Of a stretch of 64,000 nt of DNA, positions 30,701 to 38,866 are shown in pieces. Numbering within the stretch: position 1 is the first letter of the stretch; every line of letters begins with the position of its first letter. The notes under the pieces are model-generated. The model did no database searches, was not told the origin of the DNA, and saw nothing but the letters and a program-made list of their open reading frames with translations. The position numbers were made by a program, and so were the translations under genes. This stretch comes from a candidate division WWE3 bacterium RIFOXYC1_FULL_40_10. GTDB lineage: Bacteria; Patescibacteriota; WWE3; UBA101185; UBA10185. The DNA is taken from the NCBI GenBank assembly GCA_001773215.1, contig MEWB01000001.1:806099-870098 (forward strand), in the 5' to 3' direction.

Positions 30701-32300
30701 GATCGCTCTTTGATGGATCTGCGGGGTTTGCTTGATAAGAAGACCCTACAATGCCGTAGGTGCTGGATGAAAGTGCGGTGCCTGCCTTGGCGCTGTAATA
30801 CATTAGCATTTCAGGGCTCCAATAGTCGCTTCCCAAAGAGCACTCGCCGCCGCCGCAATCCGGATCCCACGGTTTTTTAATTTGGCTAATTTTCACTTCT
30901 TCGTCAGTATCAGGCTTAACGCAAATCACAGGGTCATACCCGGTTTCAACGTAATATTTATCCCAAATATCTTCAAAAGTGTTATAGCTGCTTAAGGACA
31001 CCCCGGGTCCTGTTGTAGTCATTTCGCTTCGATATTCTTCAGTGTCCTTTGTGGGGTCAGGAAGGTCCTCCGGATTAACTCCGTAATTTATTCCAAAAGG
31101 ATCAGTGCACTTTTTGTATGTTTCACAACTTATTCTTGGGAAAGTGTCGGGATCTAGGAACTTTCTTATCTTTATTCCCAAGCCCTCATTTTCCTGTAAA
31201 CACATTCCAAAATGTGTTTGATTAAAGGCATAAGTAGCATTTGGATTTTGGGCATATCCAACCAATTCTAATCTAAAAGTCATTTCCCGTGGAAATAGCA
31301 TAACCGCCTTAGCAGGTAATGCCGGGTAGAATGACTCAATTACATAAGGTTTCGCCTTATTTTCACCTTCTATGCCTCTAGTGTAAGTGTCCAGCTCGTA
31401 TTTATCAGGGTCGCCGGTATCACACATGTTTTTCCACCAAATATCTTGACTTCGCCTGTCATATGTTAATGTTTTGCAGTCTTTTGACCAAAAGGAACCC
31501 TGATGGACAGATCCGGAGTTTGCTGCCCCCGCTATTACACTTGGCACTTTAGCAAAAATGTCCTCATAGTTATTTGGCGTAAACCTTTGGTCAGCCCTTT
31601 TTACGCCGCCTACAAAAGTGGTCTCTATTACTGTTTGATTCTTTTTAGCTTCTGATATTTCAACTGTAGACGGCACCTTTCCGGTTCCTTGGTTTCCCAT
31701 GTCGCAGTTAATATGAACGTTACCCTTTAGGTCCATTATGCGAAATATTGATGGGGCAGGAGGAGGTGTGGCTGGGTCCCGGACAGCTATATCATTCGGG
31801 CATCTGGAGTAAATACTAAGATACGGATAGCTTTGAGTGGAATCCAAGCGGATGATGTCATCTAAATCATAAGTGCCGTCTTCCCGCTCGCAAGCCGTAA
31901 CTAAGTATCTAATTTGCTGGCCGCCGACTACTCTCATTGGGCAGTAAAAATAACCGTCTTCGTTCGAATAAGTAGAACAATAAGGGTGAATGATGTTGCC
32001 GTCTAGCTTACATGTAGGCGAGGAAGGATCACATTCGTATATAAACACAGATACGTTTGGGACACCCTTATGTGACATTTGCATATTCCCTGACGCGGCA
32101 GACATAGCCTCGTCTTCTTCAAAAGCTTCTTCAGGATCGTGGCTTCGAATAATCCCGCATACAGAATTTTCATTTCCATTTGCCGGTTTAGGGCACCTTG
32201 AGCCTTCAATAAATTGGGAATCGTACATATTTTCGGCTAGGGTTTGTGTTCCAAACGCAAACAACAGGAATAATGTAACTAAAACCGCTTTATATTTCAT
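27738..32300 (-). CDS. Giant secreted Cys-rich protein with C-terminal lysozyme/SLT-like domain
   Basis: 1520 aa; signal peptide; dense Cys region; AANAFQVPASLLLAQM...EQGPF...CNFLDSAYVTAA. Confidence 0.65.
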   Translation of the reverse strand: MKYKAVLVTLFLLFAFGTQTLAENMYDSQFIEGSRCPKPANGNENSVCGIIRSHDPEEAFEEDEAMSAASGNMQMSHKGVPNVSVFIYECDPSSPTCKLDGNIIHPYCSTYSNEDGYFYCPMRVVGGQQIRYLVTACEREDGTYDLDDIIRLDSTQSYPYLSIYSRCPNDIAVRDPATPPPAPSIFRIMDLKGNVHINCDMGNQGTGKVPSTVEISEAKKNQTVIETTFVGGVKRADQRFTPNNYEDIFAKVPSVIAGAANSGSVHQGSFWSKDCKTLTYDRRSQDIWWKNMCDTGDPDKYELDTYTRGIEGENKAKPYVIESFYPALPAKAVMLFPREMTFRLELVGYAQNPNATYAFNQTHFGMCLQENEGLGIKIRKFLDPDTFPRISCETYKKCTDPFGINYGVNPEDLPDPTKDTEEYRSEMTTTGPGVSLSSYNTFEDIWDKYYVETGYDPVICVKPDTDEEVKISQIKKPWDPDCGGGECSLGSDYWSPEMLMYYSAKAGTALSSSTYGIVGSSYQANPADPSKSDPLGALMESQDPLKSGNAIVFGGYKNDPASNPEEGKGSVTFGAQISSNIKDISDAEGLTVSQESYPIDPKFTDTTTMGFGVKDDPAFTDLLYREDYPLVKFGGEIQTYCMLSNANNLKDKINSIIISKDNELEFYRSNEYIDDETGVVQLDEHHYLQNPQANTPAPPTDPASMGTSDIRYTTAAINRSEKLLELDGDLLEKAKSAGTHLYDAVMNASAGSGEIKVSGFTVIEQFLLLLQGKTAKYKNFFDRGGTIAELRPEPMDNFIVNYNHIETEDGGSVYEAVTEESFAKFFPLPANDSTFKTQIKDDRVVSPWGENYCYPWGNGLGDNSNKPRGEDHSSKVAEKFGTVIPMNEYCGDEDAGSDEDDKKLPFTEDINIGREVTINGEKMGPNVPISRTCRPVDCKKPGDGVNESSCNKFEWVYCAWKQKTTLIDKAPEGKSCDKECDHTCCPVNGEGNENVSVCCESGCGSGDPGNICASTCKGDTPSPQNCLAGTNECCATGECEDKNGNSEPGKQYQCPNAWYVSDEVYCTVQVAGPFGAQGKFKECDGSAEMMATMDIVPQRQNAENEQASDATETEEEPDDYPYTESMLGAEYLALKNPRSIGEVGEYCPVSDDPSYCMPIDVTMVAGGFNIPAMSTAEDVAGTEQRTTPIGVEKDKAPGSGVKYQEMQEYATDGRYAPDIEYPTPNVCSTNTLDYGWDCSLKDVPNPAEADLDKLVPGCGLSALNTAACKTALGVDPATYTFSPTFVKVLQGAANAFQVPASLLLAQMKITGGLNDFADYWKQGDISKPESRISLASNISREEQNLIWSLSSIQVGTTPWWSSLDKYVKTRNGKTYYCNDLNYNEQGPFYLTGPAFENIKTRNDPGNTFGTAYDALNTVSMGRGETAHRCNFLDSAYVTAAGIRNFAERYASEQVMGDAPNTCNYDSWMGMGPGSWEITAGAMKSLNYWPVYLEGEYNSGNPDYAVYAAGGKISEILNACK

Positions 32301-32368
32301 AAATCAGTCTAAATTATAACCTACGGCTATTCGATACCAAAGGCCTTTTAACCTGATAGAATAACGGT

Positions 32369-32836
32369 ATGGCATTACTATTAGTAAAAAATAGAAAAGC
32401 ACTGTTCGACCACAGCCTTGTTGAAAAATACACGGCCGGTATTGTATTGGAAGGATACGAGGTTAAAGCGATAAAAGAAGGGAAAGCCAACTTCGAAGGA
32501 TCTTATGTGAGGATACTCGACGGAGAGCCTTTCGTTGTGAATATGTACATAGGAAAATACTCAGCCCAAAGCCAGCCTTTTGAGGAATTGAGAGCCAGGG
32601 AGAGTCGCAAATTGCTATTAAACGGCAAAGAAATTGAGGAAATATATAAAGAGTTAGATCAAAAAGGGAAAACCGCAGTTCCACTAGCCTTAATTTTAGA
32701 CAACAATCGAATTAAGCTTGAGTTTGCTATCGTTAAAGGGCGCAAGGACTATGAGAAAAAAGCAGTAGCTAAGGAAAAGCAGGTTTTAAAAGATTTAGAA
32801 AGAGAATCGAAAGAGGTACGCAAGCTGGTTTTTTGA
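32369..32836 (+). CDS. smpB: SsrA-binding protein
   Basis: NRKALFDH..AGIVLEGYEVKAIK, RKLLL, KGRKDYEK. Confidence 0.96.
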   Translation: MALLLVKNRKALFDHSLVEKYTAGIVLEGYEVKAIKEGKANFEGSYVRILDGEPFVVNMYIGKYSAQSQPFEELRARESRKLLLNGKEIEEIYKELDQKGKTAVPLALILDNNRIKLEFAIVKGRKDYEKKAVAKEKQVLKDLERESKEVRKLVF

Positions 32837-32848
32837 TAATATTAATTA

Positions 32849-33901
32849 ATGCCTAATGAAACATTTGAATCTCCAAGACACGAAATTGATCTAAGCTCTT
32901 ACTCGGAGAAAGAATTAATAGATCCTTTTAGATATTCACATAGAAAGCTAGCTCCCCAGGAGGAGGATCACCTTAAGAGGGAAATGCTCTCGCGTATCAG
33001 TGACCCAAAGAAACTGGATGCTTTGTTGGATGAACTCACTCTTAGTTCTGCTGGTTCAGACGGTATTGGGAGAAAATATCCGTTTAATGTTAATAAAGAA
33101 AAACTCGAAGGCTTGAGAAAGATGATAGATCAGGAATTGGACAAGCGTTATGGTATCGACGCAAAAACAGGTGCTCCTTTGGGGACTGAGAATAAGGAGG
33201 AAGATACAATGTACCAATGGTGGCCTAGTAGTGAAGATTTAGCTGCGGCGGATGAAGATGAGAGAGAGCGGTTTATGGATGCTAGAAGGGCAGCTATGCC
33301 GAAAGGTATTGCCCAGCGACAGAAATTTATTAAAAAACAGGGGTTAGAACCAGGGGATGAGAGGCTTGACGGGAATAAAAGAAAACCGGCAAGAGTTACA
33401 CTAAAAAAACATAAACAACCCTTTGATGATGGTGATCACTACGATCCTACTGCTGTTAAGCAGAAAGTAATAAAGCAGGCTCACGGGGAGGAAGTTGTGG
33501 AGTCACTAGCTGATTCCAGGGAAAAAGAATCGCAAATGAGTCAGGAGGACATGTATGCAGAGGATGAAACAGAGCCCTCTTATAATCTTAGGAGAGATTT
33601 TATTTCAGGGATGAAGGAGGCGGATAAAGATAGCTGGTTGAAGCCGTGGAGGGATGGTAACCTGGAGGGCCCACTGAGTTGGAAAGCTGCTACGGAAGAC
33701 AGCATGCAGGAGCCTCAAGCCGAAACGGATAGTTTTGATGCAAGTGATGAAGACTATATGAAGGGGACGAAAATGTCCAAAACCGGAGATCCAGAAGAAT
33801 TTGACCTGTACCGCACAATAGGAAAAAGGGGTTTGGAGCCTGAGATGCGGGCTCGTAAGGGCAGAAGGGTGCCTCAAGGTGAAATAACCACCCTCGTGTA
33901 A
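32849..33901 (+). CDS. Acidic, probably disordered hypothetical protein
   Basis: 350-aa ORF rich in D/E/K; TAATAT-N6-ATG start. Confidence 0.7.
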   Translation: MPNETFESPRHEIDLSSYSEKELIDPFRYSHRKLAPQEEDHLKREMLSRISDPKKLDALLDELTLSSAGSDGIGRKYPFNVNKEKLEGLRKMIDQELDKRYGIDAKTGAPLGTENKEEDTMYQWWPSSEDLAAADEDERERFMDARRAAMPKGIAQRQKFIKKQGLEPGDERLDGNKRKPARVTLKKHKQPFDDGDHYDPTAVKQKVIKQAHGEEVVESLADSREKESQMSQEDMYAEDETEPSYNLRRDFISGMKEADKDSWLKPWRDGNLEGPLSWKAATEDSMQEPQAETDSFDASDEDYMKGTKMSKTGDPEEFDLYRTIGKRGLEPEMRARKGRRVPQGEITTLV

Positions 33902-33940
33902 AAAAAGATCCATAGGATATGTATATAAATCCTATGGATC
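33900..33940. terminator. Intrinsic terminator between convergent genes
   Basis: AAAAAAAGATCCATAGGAT...ATCCTATGGATCT inverted repeat. Confidence 0.75.
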
Positions 33941-33950
33941 TAGAGTCTGG

Positions 33951-35573
33951 CTACTTACCGGTGCTCACATCGACATTAATGTTTCCCTGTGTACACACGC
34001 TTGCGGGAACGGCCGTCCAATCTATAGTGATCAATCCGGCGGAGGCTAAAAGAATCAGCTCCTCGCAGGATACCCCGTCTTCCAAGTTCACCAAGGCTTT
34101 GATCATATTCAGGGTTTGCTCAAACTCCGCAGCTTGAGCCATTACCATCTGAAGTCTGGCTTCGGATGCAGCTTTTTCAGCCTCGGCAATCTTAATAGCG
34201 TCCTGCTGTTTTTGCAGGGCTAATTCAGATTCTGCCGCCGCAGTACGCAAAGCATCGTCATTAAAATTGCGGCTTCTGATGTTAACGTAGGTGATGATCA
34301 ACGGAATACCTTTTCCGTCGATACCCTCTTGGATTTTTTTCTGAGTCCTACTTTCACACTCAGCCTTTCCTTCGGGGCTTTCCAGTTGCTCCTGGTTCAT
34401 ACCAGAGCACACGGAACGCAGATTGTCGCGTGTTGGGCCCTCGACGTTGTCGATAACGGCTTTAATGAGATCTCCAAAATTTCTGAACATCTCAAGTTTC
34501 GCCGGACTGCCTTTTGGATCCAATACCCGCACTCCAACATCCACGTTGAATTCTGCTTGCCGATCACTGTCTGCAAAATTAATGCGGGTGATAACAGTTC
34601 CGCATTGAATAGGTGCCGATTGACATGCCGTATCGTAGTTTTCGTCGAACACTTTTGTATCAAGCGTTCTGTAACGAAGCTCCTCTAGGGTATAAATCTT
34701 TGTGAGGATAGGCACGGTATTAAAATGAGTGCCCGGGGATAGATACACCACGGTTCCGTCACTCTCGACGAAGATGCCGAATTGGCTAGACCCGACTTGT
34801 ACCGCTTTGTCCAGATTCCACCGGGATTTCATTTCCTCCATGTATACCCCAGGATTGGGAATCCGGAACTCATACTTGCCGTCATTGGTCATTCTCCAGG
34901 CGAGTTCATCGACTCCGACGACCAGGTAAGGTTCTACTTGCCAGTTCTTCATGAACTGATCAGGGTAGATGCCCGGAGCGTTAAGTATTTGAATAGTACC
35001 ATCGGTTTTCTGATTCCATGCCAGTTGTCCCTGCTCAATTTTTAATGCATGCTCTATTTCCCATCCTTCAATGGGAACTCGATAGCACTCTGTTTGGGCA
35101 ATTCGAACAATCATTTTGCCGGGTTCATTTTCTTTCGCCAAATACTCATATTGGTATGCGATTTGACCCGGTCTTAGGCACAAAGCATCTTTGATCAGTA
35201 ATTCGTCGTCCCCCTGGGGGATATTTTTGTATACCCTTGGGGGCAAATTGACAGGCTTGCCTTGGTAATGAATGACACCAATTTGGAAGGTGCCGACTTT
35301 AAGTCGATTCACCTGCTGGTATCCGGCAGTTTGCTTTGAGGAGGAAATATACTTAGCATCTCCCCAGATCTCAACAAATTTTGCCAGATCAGCATCATCC
35401 AAGGTTACTGGATCCCTGCCGTTCAAGAAAGTTTTCAGAGCCGCTACGCTTTCAATAGACTCGTAGCTATCCTGCACCTTCACGTAGAAGGTTTCCACTT
35501 TAGCGGTACAGGCCGCTAAAAGCATGTTAATCAATATCACAACCACAATAAAAAACCGTGCTTTGTTTTTCAT
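33951..35573 (-). CDS. Lipoprotein with tandem beta-repeats, SPFH (Band-7) domain and C-terminal coiled coil
   Basis: AAGGAG SD, lipobox LAAC; about 5 repeats ending in PG(I/V/T)(Y/H); SPFH-like TRDNLRSVCSGM...IIITYVNIRS; Ala/Glu coiled coil. Confidence 0.75.
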   Translation of the reverse strand: MKNKARFFIVVVILINMLLAACTAKVETFYVKVQDSYESIESVAALKTFLNGRDPVTLDDADLAKFVEIWGDAKYISSSKQTAGYQQVNRLKVGTFQIGVIHYQGKPVNLPPRVYKNIPQGDDELLIKDALCLRPGQIAYQYEYLAKENEPGKMIVRIAQTECYRVPIEGWEIEHALKIEQGQLAWNQKTDGTIQILNAPGIYPDQFMKNWQVEPYLVVGVDELAWRMTNDGKYEFRIPNPGVYMEEMKSRWNLDKAVQVGSSQFGIFVESDGTVVYLSPGTHFNTVPILTKIYTLEELRYRTLDTKVFDENYDTACQSAPIQCGTVITRINFADSDRQAEFNVDVGVRVLDPKGSPAKLEMFRNFGDLIKAVIDNVEGPTRDNLRSVCSGMNQEQLESPEGKAECESRTQKKIQEGIDGKGIPLIITYVNIRSRNFNDDALRTAAAESELALQKQQDAIKIAEAEKAASEARLQMVMAQAAEFEQTLNMIKALVNLEDGVSCEELILLASAGLITIDWTAVPASVCTQGNINVDVSTGK

Positions 35574-35628
35574 TCGACTCTCCTTGTCGTAATAAAAGGA
35601 TAATCCTCTAAACAGAGGAATTTGGGCT

Positions 35629-35695
35629 ATTTTACAGCATTCTGTGAGCCCAGTCAACCTATAGGGTTGAACTACCGCCTGATAAATGCTAGAAT
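35629..35695. promoter_or_regulatory. Back-to-back divergent sigma70 promoters centred on CTATAG
   Basis: Minus strand TTGACT-17-TAAAAT; plus strand TTGAAC-17-TAGAAT; CTATAG (35659-35664) lies between the two -35 boxes. Confidence 0.7.
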
Positions 35696-35719
35696 TCGAT
35701 CACTTTACAAAGGAGAGTT

Positions 35720-36052
35720 GTGATGAAAAATTACACAAAGTCGTTGTTGATTCTAGTACTAGTAGGCATTCTTGTGTCGTGTGTCCCGGGTCCTATCGAT
35801 TCGATATCTCAGGCTACGCGCGTTCCAAAGGAAGATGTTAGGACTTATGAGCCGTTTATGGCAGGATATACTGCCTACAACGTTCCTGTGACGGATCTCT
35901 CGGGGTTTTCAAGTTCTTATAATTCGTTGCTCATGGTCGTATTTGTTCCGAACTTCAGCACAACAGGCCCGACATTGCAGTGTGTGTTTATGAAAGTATA
36001 CTCTGGCGGCGGTCCTTCCTGTGTAGTTCTGCAAGCAACATCAGACCGATAA
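35720..36052 (+). CDS. Small lipoprotein
   Basis: AAGGAG SD; lipobox LVSC. Confidence 0.7.
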   Translation: MMKNYTKSLLILVLVGILVSCVPGPIDSISQATRVPKEDVRTYEPFMAGYTAYNVPVTDLSGFSSSYNSLLMVVFVPNFSTTGPTLQCVFMKVYSGGGPSCVVLQATSDR

Positions 36053-36074
36053 TTTTAAATCCCCAAGCGGATAT

Positions 36075-37145
36075 CTAGTTTTCTGCTTGGGGTATTTTTG
36101 CGGCCAATTGCCCGCAACCCCCTTCTATTCCAACTCCGAAGCTTTGTCTTAAAGTGTTTTGAATGCCAAGTTTATCCAGAGTTTTCGTAAATATTTCTAC
36201 TCTTTTTGTGGAAGGGGTATTAAAGTGCTTTTCCGTTTGGCCAGGGTGAAATCTTATTAAATTAACATGATACAAGTAACTTTTTTCGCCTTGCTTTTTA
36301 ATTAGTCTAGCAAGTTCTTCGGCATGCCCAATAGAATCATTCACATTTTCAAGCAAAATATATGCAATAAACACCCGTTTGTTAGTTTTCTCGACGAATT
36401 CTTTTAGAGATAACATAACATCATTTATAGGATACATTTTTGTGATTGGCATCAGCTCCAACCTTTGTTCATCGAAAGGGGAGTGTAGGCTAAATGCCAG
36501 TTTTACCTCGGGAAATTCTTGTTGCAGTCTTTTTATGCCCGGAATAATCCCCACAGTTGAAACACTAACGTGTCTTTTTCCAAATCCCAAGCCTTCTTTG
36601 CTCGTAATTATCTTTAAAGCATCAAAAACGTTTGGATTGGCAAATGGCTCCCCCATGCCCATAAATAGAATATTGTTAATTTCCTGGCCATTACCCAAGA
36701 AGAACAGTATTTGGTCGGTTATTTCATCTACAGATAAGTTTCGCGTAAAACCAAGTTTCCCTGTGGTACAAAAAGTACATCCTAAAGCGCATCCCACCTG
36801 TGAGGATATGCACAAGGAATTATGAACGTAATCTCGGGAATCATTTGGTTGAAATGACATTAAAACTGCTTCAATTTTACAACCGTCTGTTGTTTGGAAT
36901 AGCACTTTGGTTGCCTGCTCCTCTTTTGATTCTGTAACTTTTGTGAGTGTTAGCGCCGAATCTCCCATTTCCGACACCAAGTTATTACGCAGTTCCAAGG
37001 GAAGCGATGTCATGGCCGAATAGGAAAACTTGTAGTTTTTATATATTTCTCCCAATATCTGCTTACCCCGATAAGAGGGGGAATTTGTTTTGGTCAATAT
37101 TTCTGCTATTTTGGTAGCTCTTGTGCGTAACAATTCAATTTCCAT
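36075..37145 (-). CDS. Radical SAM 23S rRNA A2503 methyltransferase, Cfr-like member of the RlmN/Cfr family
   Basis: CALGCTFC, MGMGE, CGQL; Cfr-type FSLHSP, VFIAYI, YHVNLIR segments. Confidence 0.9.
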   Translation of the reverse strand: MEIELLRTRATKIAEILTKTNSPSYRGKQILGEIYKNYKFSYSAMTSLPLELRNNLVSEMGDSALTLTKVTESKEEQATKVLFQTTDGCKIEAVLMSFQPNDSRDYVHNSLCISSQVGCALGCTFCTTGKLGFTRNLSVDEITDQILFFLGNGQEINNILFMGMGEPFANPNVFDALKIITSKEGLGFGKRHVSVSTVGIIPGIKRLQQEFPEVKLAFSLHSPFDEQRLELMPITKMYPINDVMLSLKEFVEKTNKRVFIAYILLENVNDSIGHAEELARLIKKQGEKSYLYHVNLIRFHPGQTEKHFNTPSTKRVEIFTKTLDKLGIQNTLRQSFGVGIEGGCGQLAAKIPQAEN

Positions 37146-37212
37146 TGGGGAGATTATACCAGTAAATATAAAAAAACCGCTGGAGTAATAAGTTCCAGCG
37201 GTTAGAACACTA

Positions 37213-37638
37213 TCAATATACTTTTTCTATCCGTAAGGTGCGTATTTCCCCCTCAACTTGGATATGAGTGTGATATTCCCATTCACTTTCCTCGAACATA
37301 GTCTGTCTGAAGCGGAGCAAAGCAATGCATAACACGCCCCCGCCATGGCCATCTGAATCATCCAAAACAATCTCAACAGGCTTTCCGTTTTCATCGAATC
37401 TAATGGCTATCTTTGCTTGTTGGTTAAAAACGTTTTCGAATAAATTAGCTTGCTTCTCGACGGGTGTTGTAAGCAGAAACCTTCTTACTGCGGCCCGATT
37501 GTCCACCAGTTCGATCCCGGTTGTCTTGTCCCCCACATAACATCTAAGTGGTCTTCCCGCGCATTCTCCGGGTGACACTACCTGCAACACATCTTTACCG
37601 AACAGAAACATTCTTGCAACAAAGGGTTTTAATTTCAT
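37213..37638 (-). CDS. Orphan hypothetical protein
   Basis: GGAGG SD before ATG 37638; terminator at 37170-37203. Confidence 0.7.
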   Translation of the reverse strand: MKLKPFVARMFLFGKDVLQVVSPGECAGRPLRCYVGDKTTGIELVDNRAAVRRFLLTTPVEKQANLFENVFNQQAKIAIRFDENGKPVEIVLDDSDGHGGGVLCIALLRFRQTMFEESEWEYHTHIQVEGEIRTLRIEKVY

Positions 37639-37754
37639 GCTACCTCCAGAGTTATATGTATTATAGGTTATTATTACAGAAAAAACAACCACGCTTTGAC
37701 GAGCCGATAGTATTTGTAGTATAATCCATCTAATTCAAATAAAGGAGGTCTATT

Positions 37755-38174
37755 ATGACAGATCAGAAAAATGATGAGGGAAAGGAACTTCTTCATAACC
37801 TGTTCGTAGTTACGCTTTTCGCAGTGAGGCAACCGGAGATACGATGTAATTTGTCTCGCTTTCGGCACATGCTGTCAGGTCCCTTAAATGAGGTTTGGCG
37901 CAATGAGTGGGCACCCCTACATGTTCCCGAGTGGTACTATTCCGGGGAAGCAATGAAAGAGAAATTGGTTGATGTTCTTGTTGCTCACTATGTTGAGCTT
38001 ACCATCCTGCCTGGTTATTGCGGAGACTTTGGTAGTGAGGTAAGAATGATTGAATCCCTCGCGGTTCAATTGCAACCTCTTCCGGAACACCTGTCCGAGT
38101 GGGATGCTCAGTGGGAGAGCGTGATCATACCTAAGATAATTTCTATGGCCAAGGAACGTGGTATTGATCTGTAA
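37755..38174 (+). CDS. Orphan hypothetical protein
   Basis: TTGACG-18-TATAAT promoter, AAGGAGG SD, terminator at 38186-38218. Confidence 0.75.
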   Translation: MTDQKNDEGKELLHNLFVVTLFAVRQPEIRCNLSRFRHMLSGPLNEVWRNEWAPLHVPEWYYSGEAMKEKLVDVLVAHYVELTILPGYCGDFGSEVRMIESLAVQLQPLPEHLSEWDAQWESVIIPKIISMAKERGIDL

Positions 38175-38268
38175 ATAAGTTTCGCAAAGCCCGGATACTT
38201 TAACTCCGGGCTTTTTTTGTGGAAAAAATACCTCTCCCGATAAATAGAGAGAGGTTTAAAGCCGTCCA

Positions 38269-38742
38269 TTAAGGAGTCAAGATCATTCCTTCGTTGGCCA
38301 AATCGTTTAACACTTCAAGAAATATTTCCGTACTTTCAAACTTCAAGGCTTTTTGAAGAAAACCTACTTTTTTTGGATTAATATAGGCGGGTTTGCCTTT
38401 CAGCACCTTTTCTATAATTGTCTGCTTTAGAGCACTCTTTAAAGCCTTTTCCGGATCCAGGTGTTCAACCAAACAGTCATTACCCAAGCCCATCCGCAGA
38501 TACTTAACTAGTTCCTTTGTCTCAACGAGATCAGAGGAGAATATTAGGTTCTTACCATGCTTTCCGCCGCATGGAAAACCAAGATTTTCTAAAGCCTTTT
38601 GGTTTGAGGGATGAGCCACCAAATGCATTCCGATAATACCTAAACAGGCCTCGGACTCGTGAGTGGCAACAACAATCTGCTCAGGCGAAACAACAATCTG
38701 CTCCGGCGGAAGATCGTTTTGGAGTAAAATTTTGTAAGGCAT
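38269..38742 (-). CDS. Orphan hypothetical protein with internal 21-bp duplication
   Basis: AAGGAGG SD; PEQIVV repeated twice; promoter at 38781-38816. Confidence 0.7.
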   Translation of the reverse strand: MPYKILLQNDLPPEQIVVSPEQIVVATHESEACLGIIGMHLVAHPSNQKALENLGFPCGGKHGKNLIFSSDLVETKELVKYLRMGLGNDCLVEHLDPEKALKSALKQTIIEKVLKGKPAYINPKKVGFLQKALKFESTEIFLEVLNDLANEGMILTP

Positions 38743-38866
38743 AAACACCTCCTTTGGGTGCTGAATTGTAGATTTTGCTTATTATATCAAAAAGTCTGAA
38801 CCCAATCAAACTATAGGGTGTGAAGCGGTACTTGGAGGTTAGACGTATACTTATCATCAGGAGTAT

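Noticed and set aside
21665-32319. Many short ORFs nested in or antisense to the two giant genes
   Set aside because: No start signals or motifs; expected shadows of long CDSs.
37170-37210. Hairpins as integron attC sites
   Set aside because: They lack RYYYAAC/GTTRRRY ends and the extrahelical-base pattern; A/T tracts fit intrinsic terminators; no intI seen.
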